From Seison nebaliae (lineage: Eukaryota), in the NCBI GenBank assembly GCA_023231475.1, contig JALJEE010001297.1, positions 1 through 42,909 of the forward strand: a stretch of 42,909 nt of DNA. The letters are read 5' to 3'. Of this stretch, positions 10,950-24,157 are shown in pieces. Below the pieces are notes generated by a model. That model did not search any database. It saw only the letters and a program-made list of their open reading frames with translations, and had not been told where the DNA came from. A program made the translations under genes and the position numbers. Position 1 is the first letter of the stretch; each line of letters begins with the position of its first letter.

Positions 10950-13900
10950 GTGCATTGATGGAAAATTATTGCTTCTTCTTTTCTCCAACACATATTTCCC
11001 CTCCCATTATATTATATCTCTGATCTTTCCAAAATCCTTCATTCACTGCACTTCATTTACAATAAACAAAATTTTTCATCAATATTCCCAACAGTTTTTT
11101 TTGGAATTGGTTATCAATTGAAAAGTCCACCACCGATTAATTGGTGATGGATGTGGGAAAATGTTTTGTCTCTCAATTATTGTGTTGAGAAAATGGAATT
11201 AAGTTGAGGAATTGGTAGAGAAATATATTGGAAGATTAAAGTTTAAAGGATTTTATTCATCGTCTTATGTTATTCTTCATACGTTTCTCCTCTATCGACT
11301 ATTTAGCCTCGATTCCTTTCCTTTTCTTTCTCTCATTTCGTCTTTGTTCTCTTCTATTGTTTAACGAAAAAAGAAAAGGAGAAAAGTAAGTGAATTCTAT
11401 TAGAATTTATATTTAATCTAATTGATAAGCGATCGTCGTCCTCTTTTCAATATAAACCCTATAACGATTCCGATTAAATTCCATAAGAAACGAGTAGAAT
11501 GTCTCCTATTTTCCACGAATAAACAAATAGTGACAAATGCCATTTTTCATCGACAACACCGTTTCAATTCAACAAACATAATTGCATTCCCCTCTGTTTT
11601 TTAGGGGAGATGAAGTGAAAATTTACCAAAATGTAACAGTTGGAAAAGTGGAAGAATTTATGATAAAGTTTAATTTGACATTGATTTGAATATTGTTATA
11701 AAATAGTTCCTACTAAATACTAAAATTATACCGAATAGTTGGAAAGACCCGTAAAAAAAATTTTTGACAAAGAAAAAATTAAATATTTATTAATTTTCAG
11801 AGAATTGGAGAAAATGTTCTTCCTCTTTTAAGAAAATTTCTCTGAACGACGGACGTCGAAAGGAATCCATTCGTATCAACTGAAGTTAAAGCATACTTCC
11901 GATTATAATATTTCTTTCTCTCATTACCGCATTTTCAATGAGAACATAATGATGAATAGCGGTGAGCTGGAACATCTAATTCAGCCACACAATTTTCGTT
12001 AATATTTATGCGTGGTAAAGAGTCAATGTCATCACTATTATTATCAGTATTATTCACATCATTATCATGGTTGTCGTGAGAGAATGTCGTCTCTCCGACT
12101 TCTATTATCGACCTACGTAAATTCCTTTAGCAAATATTTGTTGCTACTCCTGAAATTAAATGCGTCTGCTTCCGCTACCAAATAAATGACGAAGGACTTC
12201 AAGTGAAATTCCTCAAAGAACAAACTTCTCATAGGGTTGAGGAAAGAATATAGAAAAGAAATAATTATTTTTTTCTTCTTCATATCAATTCGAATATGAT
12301 AAGAGAATCTTCATTTTAATTAATTTATGTATTTTCAAATATTTTAATTGACTTAATCGTATGAAACATCATCGACTTGAGACATAACAAATCTGGTCAA
12401 TGCTTAAACATCTTCACATTGCTCATTCAAAGTGAACTGACTAAATGACATATTTTCTCGTCTCTCTTACTCAATCTCTACCCATTTAATTGAACATTGA
12501 TTACATTGGATCCCATTTGCGACTAGTTCTCTGCTTCCTCAAACTTCCCAACTTTTCCATCTTCCCACATCCGACGTCTCAATTTTCTTTTTTATTTTGA
12601 GAAATTTTATAAAAAATATTCAATATATTCCTTTCTTTAAAATCACTCTTTCTACTTTTGCCATCTGATTGATAAAAATTTCTCACAAATTCTCTGTCAT
12701 GTTTTGAATGAAAACATGATACTCAGTTCCATTCGATTCAAGTATAAGTATTCGATATTTGTCATATAATGGGAGGTAATGTTAGTTGATTGAATTAACA
12801 ACATGTCTTTTGAATGAATTACGTTCAAACGGAAAATAAACGATATTTGTTTCTAAAAGAAAGAAATGAATAATTGTCAGAATAAGGAAATAAATTAATT
12901 TCTTTCATTATTAATCGATGAAAAGTAAATTCATTCCAAAAAAAAATTTCATCGATACTACCTACATCGACCACATTCTTCTGCATGTTTTTCTTGATAA
13001 TAAGAAATATTTCTATTGATTTGTAACTCTATATCAACTGTCTTCTTTCCTCGAGAATTCCTTAATGTATTTTTAACGTCGACTAACAAATATTGATGAT
13101 ATGATCGTGAATGAAGGAAAATGGAAAAATGAATGTACAACAACACTCTTAACCGCCAACTCGAGACGTTACATAAGAACAAATTGTTTTGAAATTATTT
13201 GAAATTGAAGAAAAAATGGTCGGTGAGAATGGTAATCGGTAATCAGTCGAAACTCATTTAACAGCTTTTATAAAGAAGTTAGTGGAAATGATTGGATGTG
13301 TGTCTATTCCACATAACTTAATCAATAAAACTGGAAGTTTTCCAATAATTTAGAGTGGGAGAACGACGAATAATTTCCATAATTTTTAACGCTTCTCTTA
13401 CATCTATTACACCATCAACATTAATATTAGGGTAGCATCAATATTATTTTTATATCAAACAATATTTCTCTCATCTTCTCTATCATTCCATCCGACGATT
13501 TTTGTTGGCGAGGCGTGTGGCGATGCTAACCGTATACTATACTGCTCTTCCACATGTGAAGAAAAGATAAGAAAAGAATGTATATATATATTTTTTTGAT
13601 GATAGTAATCTTAGTCGATTATCCCCAAAGACGAACTAATGGTAACATATGGCATATGTGCCGATTCATTTAATGACGCATAAAATCATCAGAATTGTAC
13701 ATTCTCCCCCTTCTAATATTCTAGAATTTATTTTTTATCAATATATCCGATAATCGTTGTGGTGAAAGTTGTTGTGGATCAACATACACTTTCATCTTTC
13801 TCATCCGATTCTTTCCTTCCTATCTTCATTCCCTGCTCCACTTAAGATTTAACAGTTGACCAGTCGGTTAATTTTATTTAAAAGTTTTGTTTGTTATTTA

Positions 13901-14108
13901 AACAATTTCAGGATTTTTAGAATATTATTCAGTTTTATTCTACTTTTTTTTTGTTTCTTCATTAAATGATAAGATATGTTTCCCCAGATAATTACGAAGT
14001 CGAAATCGGTTAGAGAAGAATTAGATAAAATTTGGATGAAAATTGATAGTTCCAATTTGCATCCAATTTTGAATATTTTCAATAATTGTTTGAAAACTTC
14101 AGAATCTA

Positions 14109-14285
14109 GGACAAAACGGCACCCGTTTATACATACTTCTTGAGTCTGTTCTCTTGACCGAAAGAGAAAGAAGTAGATAAGGAATTTCCTTTTCTCATAT
14201 AAAGAAAGGTACGGATAGAGAACAATCAAGTCAGTTTTCACAATACGAACTCAAAAATTAGAAATAAAAATGTAAGTTTGTTTGT
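14109..14285 (+). repeat. Left terminal inverted repeat of the MULE
   Basis: Reverse complement of 16154-16332; by hand count, 8 substitutions over the inner ~157 nt. Confidence 0.92.
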
Positions 14286-14436
14286 TCGAGTAAAATAATT
14301 TATATTTTTAATGAAATATTATAAGAAATAAAAAAGTTAATTGGGAATTATATTTATTTTCTATACAAAAATATGAGAGTAATTAACATATGAAACAAAA
14401 CAAGCAAAACAAAAAGTCAAAATATACAAATTAGCT

Positions 14437-15705
14437 TTAATGAAATTTATTAAGATATGAGACGATTTCTTCATCTTTCTTCACTTGTTTCTTCGGCAGT
14501 CTTCTCAATTTTCCTTTCATTGTTTGATTGAATTTGGTAATTTCTAAATTGAATTTTGTTTCAATTAATAATTCCGTCTTTTGTACACCCATGTGACTTC
14601 TGGGGATAATAAATTTCAAACCATTATTTCCTTTATATCGTTATTGGTTCTAGGTAGATTAGAAACTACGGGTGTAATTTGACCAGAGTTCAGGAGGAAA
14701 TAATGGTGTGGTAAAGCCAGAGAAAGGAGGATAGCCCACATAATTTTTTACGAAATAGGAGAAAGTATCTTTCGCGAGGTCCGAAACTGATTCACCTATC
14801 TTCCTAAAAGTTAATGGAATGTCCTCGGGTGGTACAAATGAAAGAGCCTTAAGTAATTGAATATCTTTCTTAAAACTCTTATTCGATTGATATTTTATTT
14901 TTTTCCCTAAACTTTGTACTTGTCTCATAATTGATTGTTCTAAATGGAAATAGCAACCGTAGATTGTTGCACTGGGGAAGATTAACCTAAACGCGTTAAT
15001 TGTTGCTACCTCGAAATCTACTGTTATCGAACAAACTATCGTGTTTCCTAAAAATTTCCTAATTTCCGAAAAAACCTCGGCATAATGTTCCTGCTTTTTA
15101 TTTTTTCATAAAACGTAACCTAAGTTTATAAATTGATTCTTTAACAAAAACGAAATGACGTAAAGCTAGTAATATCCTAAAGGGGCCCTATCAAAGGTGT
15201 CGTCCGCAAATAAATGGAGGTTTGTTTGTATTCTATCCCTAATTCTAATATTGAAATAAACCATGAGATCTTCCTTTGAAATTTTTCCTCCCTCTTGAAA
15301 AACTACTTCCTCCTTCTCTTGCTTTCTTCCAACGTTTCTTGTAACAGATGAAATTCTTCCAAAAACGCTTTGTACATCCACTGGCACTTTTGAAAGTGTT
15401 CTAACCACTATTGAGGATGGTGCTTCACCTGTGCATTTGCTTGCTTCATCTATCGTCTTCTTCAACTCCAATTTCTCGATTTTCAGTTTCTCTATATCAT
15501 GCGAATGGTTGTGTCATGGGTTTGATTTTCAGATTCTTATCGACGCATATCATTGACTTGCAGCTTTGGGATGTTTTATGTTGTTTACAGTACGACGCGG
15601 AACTTCCAGAACTGACATAATCTTTTTTTTGTAGTATATAAATTCTTCGTCGACGATGGCAATTTGGGTTCCTTTGGAACTCGGAATAAACCTTATATTG
15701 TTCAT
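14437..15705 (-). pseudogene. MULE transposase pseudogene (FLYWCH-like Zn finger plus DDE domain)
   Basis: Manual translation gives MNNIRFIPSSKGTQIAIVDEEFIYYKKK / C...C...HNH. It then reads LFADDTF..AP.GYY*LY, ITVDFEVATINAF..IFPSATIYGCYFHLEQSIMR, LKALSFVP, YFVKNYVG, PLFPPELWS and RTNN. In-frame stops at 15168-15166 and 15108-15106 plus several frameshifts. Confidence 0.9.
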
Positions 15706-16153
15706 GATAAGTATAAAGGTAAAATGGATGTTTTAAGCTTATCATTTTCCAGAACACTTAAATAGGGCGGCCTTTGGCGAGTCAAAAGATTATAAACATG
15801 AATAAGTTGTTTCACATTAAAAGGAACTGTGGTTAATTGATTGATTGACAAATCAATTTAATATGTGTTATTAACACATTTTTTCCTGTGTCTTCTTATA
15901 TCCATTAACAACTATTTCGCTCTAAATTGCTACATCTATTACATTAGAAGAGAAAACGCGGTAGAATGTGATACTTCAATGAGAAGTTTAGTGGTTTGAG
16001 AGCATAGTTCGCAAGAGTTGAAAGGATTAGAAGACACGACTTATATGTTTACTAGGCAAAGAATTTTTAACTAATTGATTAATTCGAAAATCAGAATAAA
16101 CTACAATCATTTTAAAACGAAGGTTCGATTTTATTTTTCTTTTATAAGAAAGT

Positions 16154-16386
16154 ACAAACAAAATTACCTTTTTATTTCAAATTTTTGAGTTCGTATTGTG
16201 GAAACTGACTTGATTGTTCTCTATCCGTATCTTTCTTTATATAAGAAAAGGAAATTCCTTATCTACTTCTTTCTCTTTCGGTCAATAGAACAGACTCACG
16301 AAGTATGTATAAAAAAGGCTGTCGTTTTGTCCAATTTCTCATTTTTTAGAAAAAAATATAAAAGGGTGCCGTTTTACCCGACAACC
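16154..16386 (-). repeat. Right terminal inverted repeat of the MULE
   Basis: 16154-16332 pairs with the left TIR; 16333-16386 is an outer extension with a repeated motif and no partner on the left. Confidence 0.88.
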
Positions 16387-19300
16387 AAAGTTCAAATAAC
16401 TGTGAATTGGAATAGTATGAAATGAGTGGAAGCATAACTTTTGTTCTAACTGAATTCGTATATGGAACATGCAGAAAGATGTTAACAACTCAGGTCTGTA
16501 CCATTTAATCCCAACACCAATTCTCATCATCTTTTTTCGAATAATTTTCTGTTGAATATGTCTCTCCATCATTCAGTTATTTCCATTAAAGAATTTAGAG
16601 TATTGTCGAAATTAAGTTAAGATTCAACAGGTTCTAAAATTTTATCTGACCAATAATCGAATACGTAGTGACTTTATATGTAGTGAAATAAGGATAATGT
16701 CGAAGTAGTTGTCGTTGAAGGAGAATGTGGAGAAAAAATAGTCGGACAGGAGAAAGGAAATCTAGAGGGATTGACGTTTTGCGTAAATCTACGTTCAAAC
16801 GTCTGAACAATAAATAAAAAGAAATGCAGACACACAAATGTCTGCACATCAGGAGATTTTGTGCAGTAAGAGAGACCACTGCCCAGTAGTCGCCATAGAA
16901 ATTTATGTTAATGATGGAGAATGTGGCATTTAATCGTTTACATTACCTACCCCATTTAATAGAACGATATAGGAAATTTTCATTTGAATCCTTTTACTTC
17001 GGTGCTGCCTAGGCGTGTAAAGAAAGCGTAGAAGCAAATGATCTTGAAACAACATGTAAAAATGTTGTCTATTGTTAATTTATCATTCATTCAAATCTGC
17101 CATCATAGATACTACTGGGATATGTTTCTTGACCAAATAAATAATCTTAATTTACCGTTCTAATAAATAGCGATTCCATTAGCATATGGAATGGTCATTA
17201 ACGTCAATGGTGTGAAAAAGAATGAAATAGGAGAAATGAAACGAAGTGAATTCGTGGTTAAGCATATGATCAGTTTTCTTCTACTTGAGATATTTGAAGT
17301 ATATGTGTGAAAAAGAGGATCACTACGGTGATTATACTGATGACATTGACATATAAAATAGGAAGTTAAATATGATTATTTGTCTGAATGTTTTTTCGAA
17401 AAAAAAAATTCCGTTTATCTTATAAAAAATTTTAAAAAATTTATTTTTTTCATTCTGCAAAAAAATGGAGCGAAAAATTTCTTTTCGAACCACTTTTATT
17501 AATCGCCGTTGTAGATTTTGAAAACTAATCGAGTATCCTTAAATCGAGATTATACATGTATAAGGTGAATTTCATTTCCAAATTGGAAAACATGGTAAGT
17601 CCATCTGCAGGATGATTTTCGTCATGTGAAATTAATGTAATTAAATTATGAAAATCTTATGAAGAACGAGATTATGAATGACTGTGAGTATCTTATTCCA
17701 AATAAGTGAGTTCGTAATTTTAATTTTGTTGAATTTTCTGCCAATTATTCAATTTTGATCGCATTCATCCAATCTTCTCGCTTGGTTTCATATTTCTTTT
17801 CAGTGAGATATTCATTCGAATCTCTGAAAAGAATTCACTTTGCTTTTTAAATTTCGGAGAGGAATTTACTGTCTAGATCGAAATCGGAGGAGAATTCACT
17901 AATTTTTTTAGATTTCAGGGAATCACTTTAAATCCATTTCGGAGACGTATATTGTGGTATATTTATTGTAGAAAAAATCTTCCAAATTGTCTCCCTTTCT
18001 TCTTACAGCCTTTCTTTTGTTGCCTTCTAAACTTTTAAAAATAGGTCGATTGAATTCCATATGTATTCCGATACATTTAAATGTTTTGATCACGTAACTT
18101 AATTAATTGAGGAAGTGTTTAGTAAATATTCTTCTGATAGTATATTGTCTGATGTCTGAAGATAGTATAATCCTATTATCCTATTAAAATAGTTGCTAAT
18201 TGGTTGACAACATCAGACGCTCGTTTGAGTTTCGATGTAACTTAATAAATTATGGTGAAATACATATGAAAAAATGAGAAGTTAAAATGTGAATTTATCT
18301 CTGAAAAAGTAAAATTAAGTAGATTCCTCTTAAAAAGCTCAAAAAGGAGTTACTTCTCTTCCGAAGATATAGTGAATTCGTCTGTGAGAATGAAAAGGGG
18401 GATGAACTCCTCTTTAAGGTGAATTCCTCCTGGGATTTATTAAATTCATTCTCAACAACAATGAAAACAAAAACTTATTAAGAGATGACAACAGGTCATT
18501 CATTTTGTTGAGTGCGTAAATGATTCGTTGACCGAAAGACATGAATCGATTAGTGTCAAGCACCATTTATGTGCAAATGAATGATTATTGTAAAGATATC
18601 AAACCTCGTTGATTATGTCATGCGTAAGCATAACCTTTTCTTTTATCATATCTATAATTTGATGTTGTTATAAAAGCTGTTTTGTTTATCTTAAAATTCA
18701 TTATGTTTTTAACAGTTGGTTAGATAATTAAAGAAATGTATTTCTAATGAGAATGATTGATTCCTTCAAAATTGCGTTTATTCTTCTTCCTGCACTTATC
18801 GTCAGATGTTAATGCCCATTGTCCAGTTTAGGGGTTCTTATTATCTGGTTTAGGTGTATAAGATAGAAAGGAATTGCATCTCGTTTCGTCTTCTTTTCGA
18901 TTATATTCAAATGAGTCCAATTGATCTTGTTTGTTCGATGGGCAGTTGATTTAGAGTATTTGGTGATTTGTCTTCGAAAGACGGAAACGAATCGCATAAC
19001 GATCAAATAAGATGCACAATTTATTGAAGTGTATTTGGAGAATAATTTAACTTTTTTACTCATCAATTGGAAGTAGGTAGTGTAGTGGACCAGAATATCG
19101 TCAATCTACTTCAAACTTTTCTTTGGTAAATTACGTAAAAGATGAATTGTTTCTTCTTCATCAATTTATGTTATTGGTGGTGGTTGTTGCTTCCTTCTTT
19201 TTGTTGAATCGATTCATTTTTTTTTCACATTAAATTAGAAGTTCATTAAATGAGAATTTTCATATCATTTGCTATGATCATTATTCCATTTCTACTTGCT

Positions 19301-21268
19301 CCGTTCACATACCTCAATTCGACGATTCCATATTCGATTTATGCAAATGCCATTCAAACAAGATTCCACTCATTATTGTTGATGATGTAAACGATGTGAG
19401 CGACGATTATGCGGAAATAACACTATCGATATTCAACCATCTTAATATGATGTATGGTAAGATGATCTAACTTTATTATTTTCCTTTAAACGAAATAATT
19501 GTTGAGAATGTTTGCACATGCATCCCTCCTACATTATTAAAGTACCATAATGATCATTTTCATAGTAATCAAATCTCAGTTTTTGAGAGTAGCCGGTTCC
19601 TCATATTGATCATCATCATTTCACACTGATTACTATTATGTATTATGGCCGCATCTAACACCGCAGTTCATTAGCACATGTGTTAATTCATTTATTTATA
19701 TGAAACATCTTTAGAGATATGAAAATTTTGAAATCAATTCACATTTTCTTCATTTTCATCGTCTTCATAATCGATTTACCTAGAAAGCTATATCGATAAT
19801 CTAATAAAAACAATTTACGTGTGATCTCAAGAAGTTGAATTGACGATGATGATTGTCGATCATAAGATGCCGATCATCATTGTTGATCTAATATATTAAT
19901 CGTCTTATTTTTTTTGGTCGATTCCGGTTGATAAACTAAGAATGGAACCATATGACAATTGTTTGTTAATCTCTATTCAATTCGTTAATGGGATGGTAGT
20001 GAATGGGAAAGTGTCACCTTCGTACATATTATCTACCTTCATTTATTTCATGCATATCATCATCACGAGAAAGAATAATCGATATTCGCATTTCATCGGC
20101 GACAGCTGATGAATTTATTTGACATTGATTGAGTGAACAGCATTGGTCGTCATATTTTCCTTTGGTTTTCTGCATTTGTCATTTCCTTCGTCATTATCCT
20201 TTCTTATCATTCGTTTATCGATTCATTCTCATTCACATCCAATTCCATCTCTCAGACATTGCTACACAAACAATAACGAACAATTTTTGATTTACAAGAA
20301 TATTTCCTTTTTTTCCATTCGATTTAATTGATAAATGATTATTGAGGTTTTCTTATTATTGGTTTTTGGAATGGTAGGAGAACACCCTGTGAATTAGAGG
20401 ACAGCGATTATCAAAATTTCATTAAAATATTAGACGGACATATCTTCATCAGAATTTCCATTAAATAAAGAATTGTTAGTTTTGTGAGCGGAAGTGTGGA
20501 ATGCTCAATTATCATCATGAGTATATGAAGGCTTGAGATATTTACATTGCTTCTTCTAATTGGTTATTGTGTTGCTTATATTCAAATTGGAGGTTAGGAG
20601 GTGAAAAAATGAAAGAATTAATGTGTTATGAAACACTTAAACAATTTGTGGAGCGAAACGAGTAAACATACTTGTTCAAGAGCGTCTAGTCGTATTGTCA
20701 AGTAGGATGAATGAGATGAGAGAGTAATTGGATATCGTGTACTATTGCTGCTACTACAAACGTAAGAATAACAATGGTCGATTACTACAGACAATTTAGT
20801 ATCCAACTAACCGTCCTATTCATACAATTCGACCGAATGTTTATATTATTCCGCATTTTATTTGTCCGTGTCGACGCATAACATTCTCAACTTACCAACA
20901 CCATTATCATCATCATCATCGCGGTTGTATACTACTTATGTGTACGTGAGTATGAGATGTTCGTGCAATTGTGCGTTGGTGCAGTAGAATGTGTAGCATT
21001 CAATTCTTTCTTTACTTTCACATATATAAACAATAGATCTTCAATATACCGATCATTATGGAAGTTGAAAAGAATGAAATCGGGATTGATGTCTAAATAG
21101 GCAAACAAGGTTACTAATAAGATATATTCTCTTACAATTGAACTACCGCTTCCTCCATGAACGAATTCGTGAATGAGAATATGAATAATTTGATGACAAT
21201 CATCAATCCTATTCATTTTATGAGTTTGAATAGAATTATTGTAGGAAGTTGATATATCTCACTATTTA

Positions 21269-21302
21269 TGTGTGTGTGTGTGTGTGTGTGTGTTTGTGTG
21301 TG
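21269..21302. repeat. (TG)n microsatellite
   Basis: Directly visible, one interruption. Confidence 0.92.
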
Positions 21303-23039
21303 CGGCTTCCATACATATTAATCTTTCGATTTTTTCGTGCATTCTATTGTGGGAGATGTGAAAGAATGTGAGAATGTTATTAGATAATTCATCTATTATC
21401 TCATCGTTGATAACAAGATGATTTTCTCTCCTAGAACAGTTCATGTCGATACTGCCATTGTCGAATGCATTGCAGGCATATTGAAATTAGGATTGGAAAC
21501 CACTAAAAGTGAACAAGGAAATACCAAGTTTCTTCTACGTCGTCTGACGGAAGCGCAACTGTTTCCATGAGTCAATCGGTCTTTCATTCTTTCATACAAC
21601 TCAGATTAATTTTATGTATTTATTATCGTATAATAGAAAGAAGGAGAAATTTAATTCTAATCTTCTCATCATCATTATCATCTTTTCTGTCTCCATACTC
21701 CTCACAGTTCATAGTATCGAAAGAGAAGTTAATATGAGCTAACCATCAATTTATCCTGTACATGCGAACGGAAAAGTATATAACAAGTTCATCAATAAAT
21801 TTCCACAATGACTCCCATTTTCTATTCCATTCGTACTTCCCAATCCTTCCGATATTTCAATTATTTATATGTTAATTTTTCTACTGTTTAAGATTTTATC
21901 ATGAATAGTTATCGAATTTCTGATCAGTTAAACTTTCAAATTGTTTCGTCTTCATTCTCCACTACAGCGATTTCGACAAATGCTCCAAATCCAACTGTTC
22001 ATCTTAACCGTTTTGCTTTTCTTGGAGATAAGCCTTATTCCACAAAGAATGATGACTTGAAAATAAATCATCTTCTTTTAAACACTAACTGCACTTTCTG
22101 GTTAAGTGAAGAATGTGAATATGAGGTAATCCATTGGAGCAATATAATAAAAGAGAACGAAATTGATATGTATCCAACATATTTCTCAATAATTCCTGTT
22201 GCTTCCTGAAAGAGATTCTCACATATTTTCCACCGTAACCGTCAATTCTTTCGATAGATTGCCATTAGATTATAATAAAAATATCCGATATTTTCCTTCT
22301 TTCATTGAACGGTATAATTATCTTCCACAACATCTCAACTGTTCCCTTGAAAAGAAAGGAAGAAAGTAGTTCTGGATCATCATTACCATATTGAACGTTA
22401 TCTATCGAAATATTTGAGCTAATTCGACCTCTCGACTTATATTAGGCAATTCCATTTAAATTATAGGTGAATGTGAAGAATATGCACCAGATAATGACGT
22501 CTTGTTGACTGTTAATCAAACACTTTTATGGTGGAACGTTGTCTAGAATGGAGAACTGAAGAAGATATAATTCGGTTGTCAATATTTTGTTTTCTTTCAA
22601 TTATTCGAAGTGTTGTTTACTAGAAACTGAAGTGCATCTCTCATTTCATTCTTTAATTTACTGGTTTTTTGAGCAGATGTCGATGTTTGTTTCACTTCTT
22701 CTTCGTCGATGTCTCAGTTGATTTTTTTCTTGTTTTATCATTTTACTCATCGTTCTCATATGATTATATACAATAAACATCACAATCATGTTAAGTTCAC
22801 GTTCAGCATATCACTCATCATTATGCGATAAATAAAAGGTAAAAAAGAATGTTGGGAGGAAGGAGTAACAAACACGGAGAAAATATGGTTTTCTTTATTT
22901 TTGTTTTCTTTAATTTTTTTAAGTCGACCCTGTTATTTTTCGTCAACAGCATAATCATACTAAGAAACATCATCATCATCGTCTATTATTCAATAAGAAT
23001 AAAAAGTGATTCATTTTCATTATTTAATGCTAATATGTT

Positions 23040-23375
23040 ACATATATGGGGGAGGTAAGACAATTCGGAAATTTGACAAATCCCAAATTCGACAATTGAG
23101 AAACGACACATTATTTTCCCGGACTAGACAACTGGATGAGTGAGAAAGCATGAACTCATCTACTCAATAATGAACTCAGAGATCTCATAAAATGTTTTAT
23201 TCTCATCGAAAACCTCAATGGAATTCATTCCTCGGAGATCACATCTCGTAAATTAAAAGAGTTTTAGCCAATTTTAAATTTTATAATATTTATACGGTTT
23301 TATTTGGATTGTTATGGTCTTTTTACGGGTGTTCTCTGAATTGCCTCGTCTCCGAATTGTCCACCCAATATATGT
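23040..23375. mobile_element. Possible degenerate MITE-like relic
   Basis: Imperfect inverted ends ACATATATGGGGGAGGTAAGACAATTCGGA (23040-23069) versus the reverse complement of 23351-23375, ACATATATTGGGTGGACAATTCGGA; GACAA(T/A/C)T motif reiterated internally. Confidence 0.3.
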
Positions 23376-24157
23376 TTCTATGCGTCCACGAAAATATTGA
23401 TTGATGCATAAGTATTTACTTCTGTATCTCATTCTTCATACTGTCTCGATGCGACACTTGTCGAAAAGGAAAACCTGTGTATTTGGGAAGGGATTGAGGA
23501 TGATGATGGGACGTAATACGTTAGAAAGTGGTATTTATAGATGAGTAAATGTGCAGTTACATTTTTATTTCTATGGGTATATAAAAGAAATTTTCGGTTT
23601 TTATAAGAAATACGATTTATTTCACTTCAATCTATTCGTCAATTGTCTCACTTTTCTTCATCTACATCGAATTGTCTCTCCTTCATATTAGACGAATCTC
23701 AATGCAATATTACATTAATTCATCTTAATTCAACCGCGATAACTGTCAAGTCCATATGGCCGATTTATCACAATTTTCCTTGTCATTCTTTTGTTCTTCT
23801 ATCTTTCGCTTTCGTCATTATTTTATTTAATCTTCTTCAACAATTTCCCGTCTTGTTAAAAGTATCTTCTCATTTCCGAAGATTTAGGAAGAGATTTTTT
23901 CCATTATCATCAATTTCTATCAATTCCGTTTGCGACATCGTTTTAAACTTCTTCTTCTAAAATTTCACCATTGTCCCTCAAATGAATGACTTTAAAATGA
24001 ATTAATTCTTTTTGATTAAACAGATATTCTTTCTGGAACTTTTCGATAAAATATTTTAATCGAAGATTAAATATATATCTATAATATATAAATATATATA
24101 ACTTTCAGGTATAAATATTTTTGAAAGGAAAATTGAAGTTGATAATTTTAGTGAGAT

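Larger units (their letters stand above)
14109..16386 (-). mobile_element. Mutator-like (MULE) DNA transposon, inactive, left end apparently truncated
   Basis: Long inverted repeats (14109-14285 and 16154-16332) enclose a degenerate MULE transposase. The right arm extends to 16386 with a second copy of the GG(A/T)..AAAACGGCACCC motif and reads GGTTGTCGGG... inward. No target-site duplication was found. Confidence 0.88.

Noticed and set aside
13976..14143. 55-codon ORF MFPQIITKSKSVREELDKIWMKID.. abutting the left TIR, faintly like a Tc1 transposase C-terminus
   Set aside because: Too short, with no catalytic motif; cannot be supported without a search.
13894..16425. Two near-identical ORFs (MKTDLIVLYPYLSL.. 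at 13894-14241 minus; METDLIVLYPYLSL.. at 16198-16425 plus) that look like a duplicated gene pair
   Set aside because: They are translations of the two MULE TIRs, start at GTG, and their similarity ends exactly at the TIR boundary.
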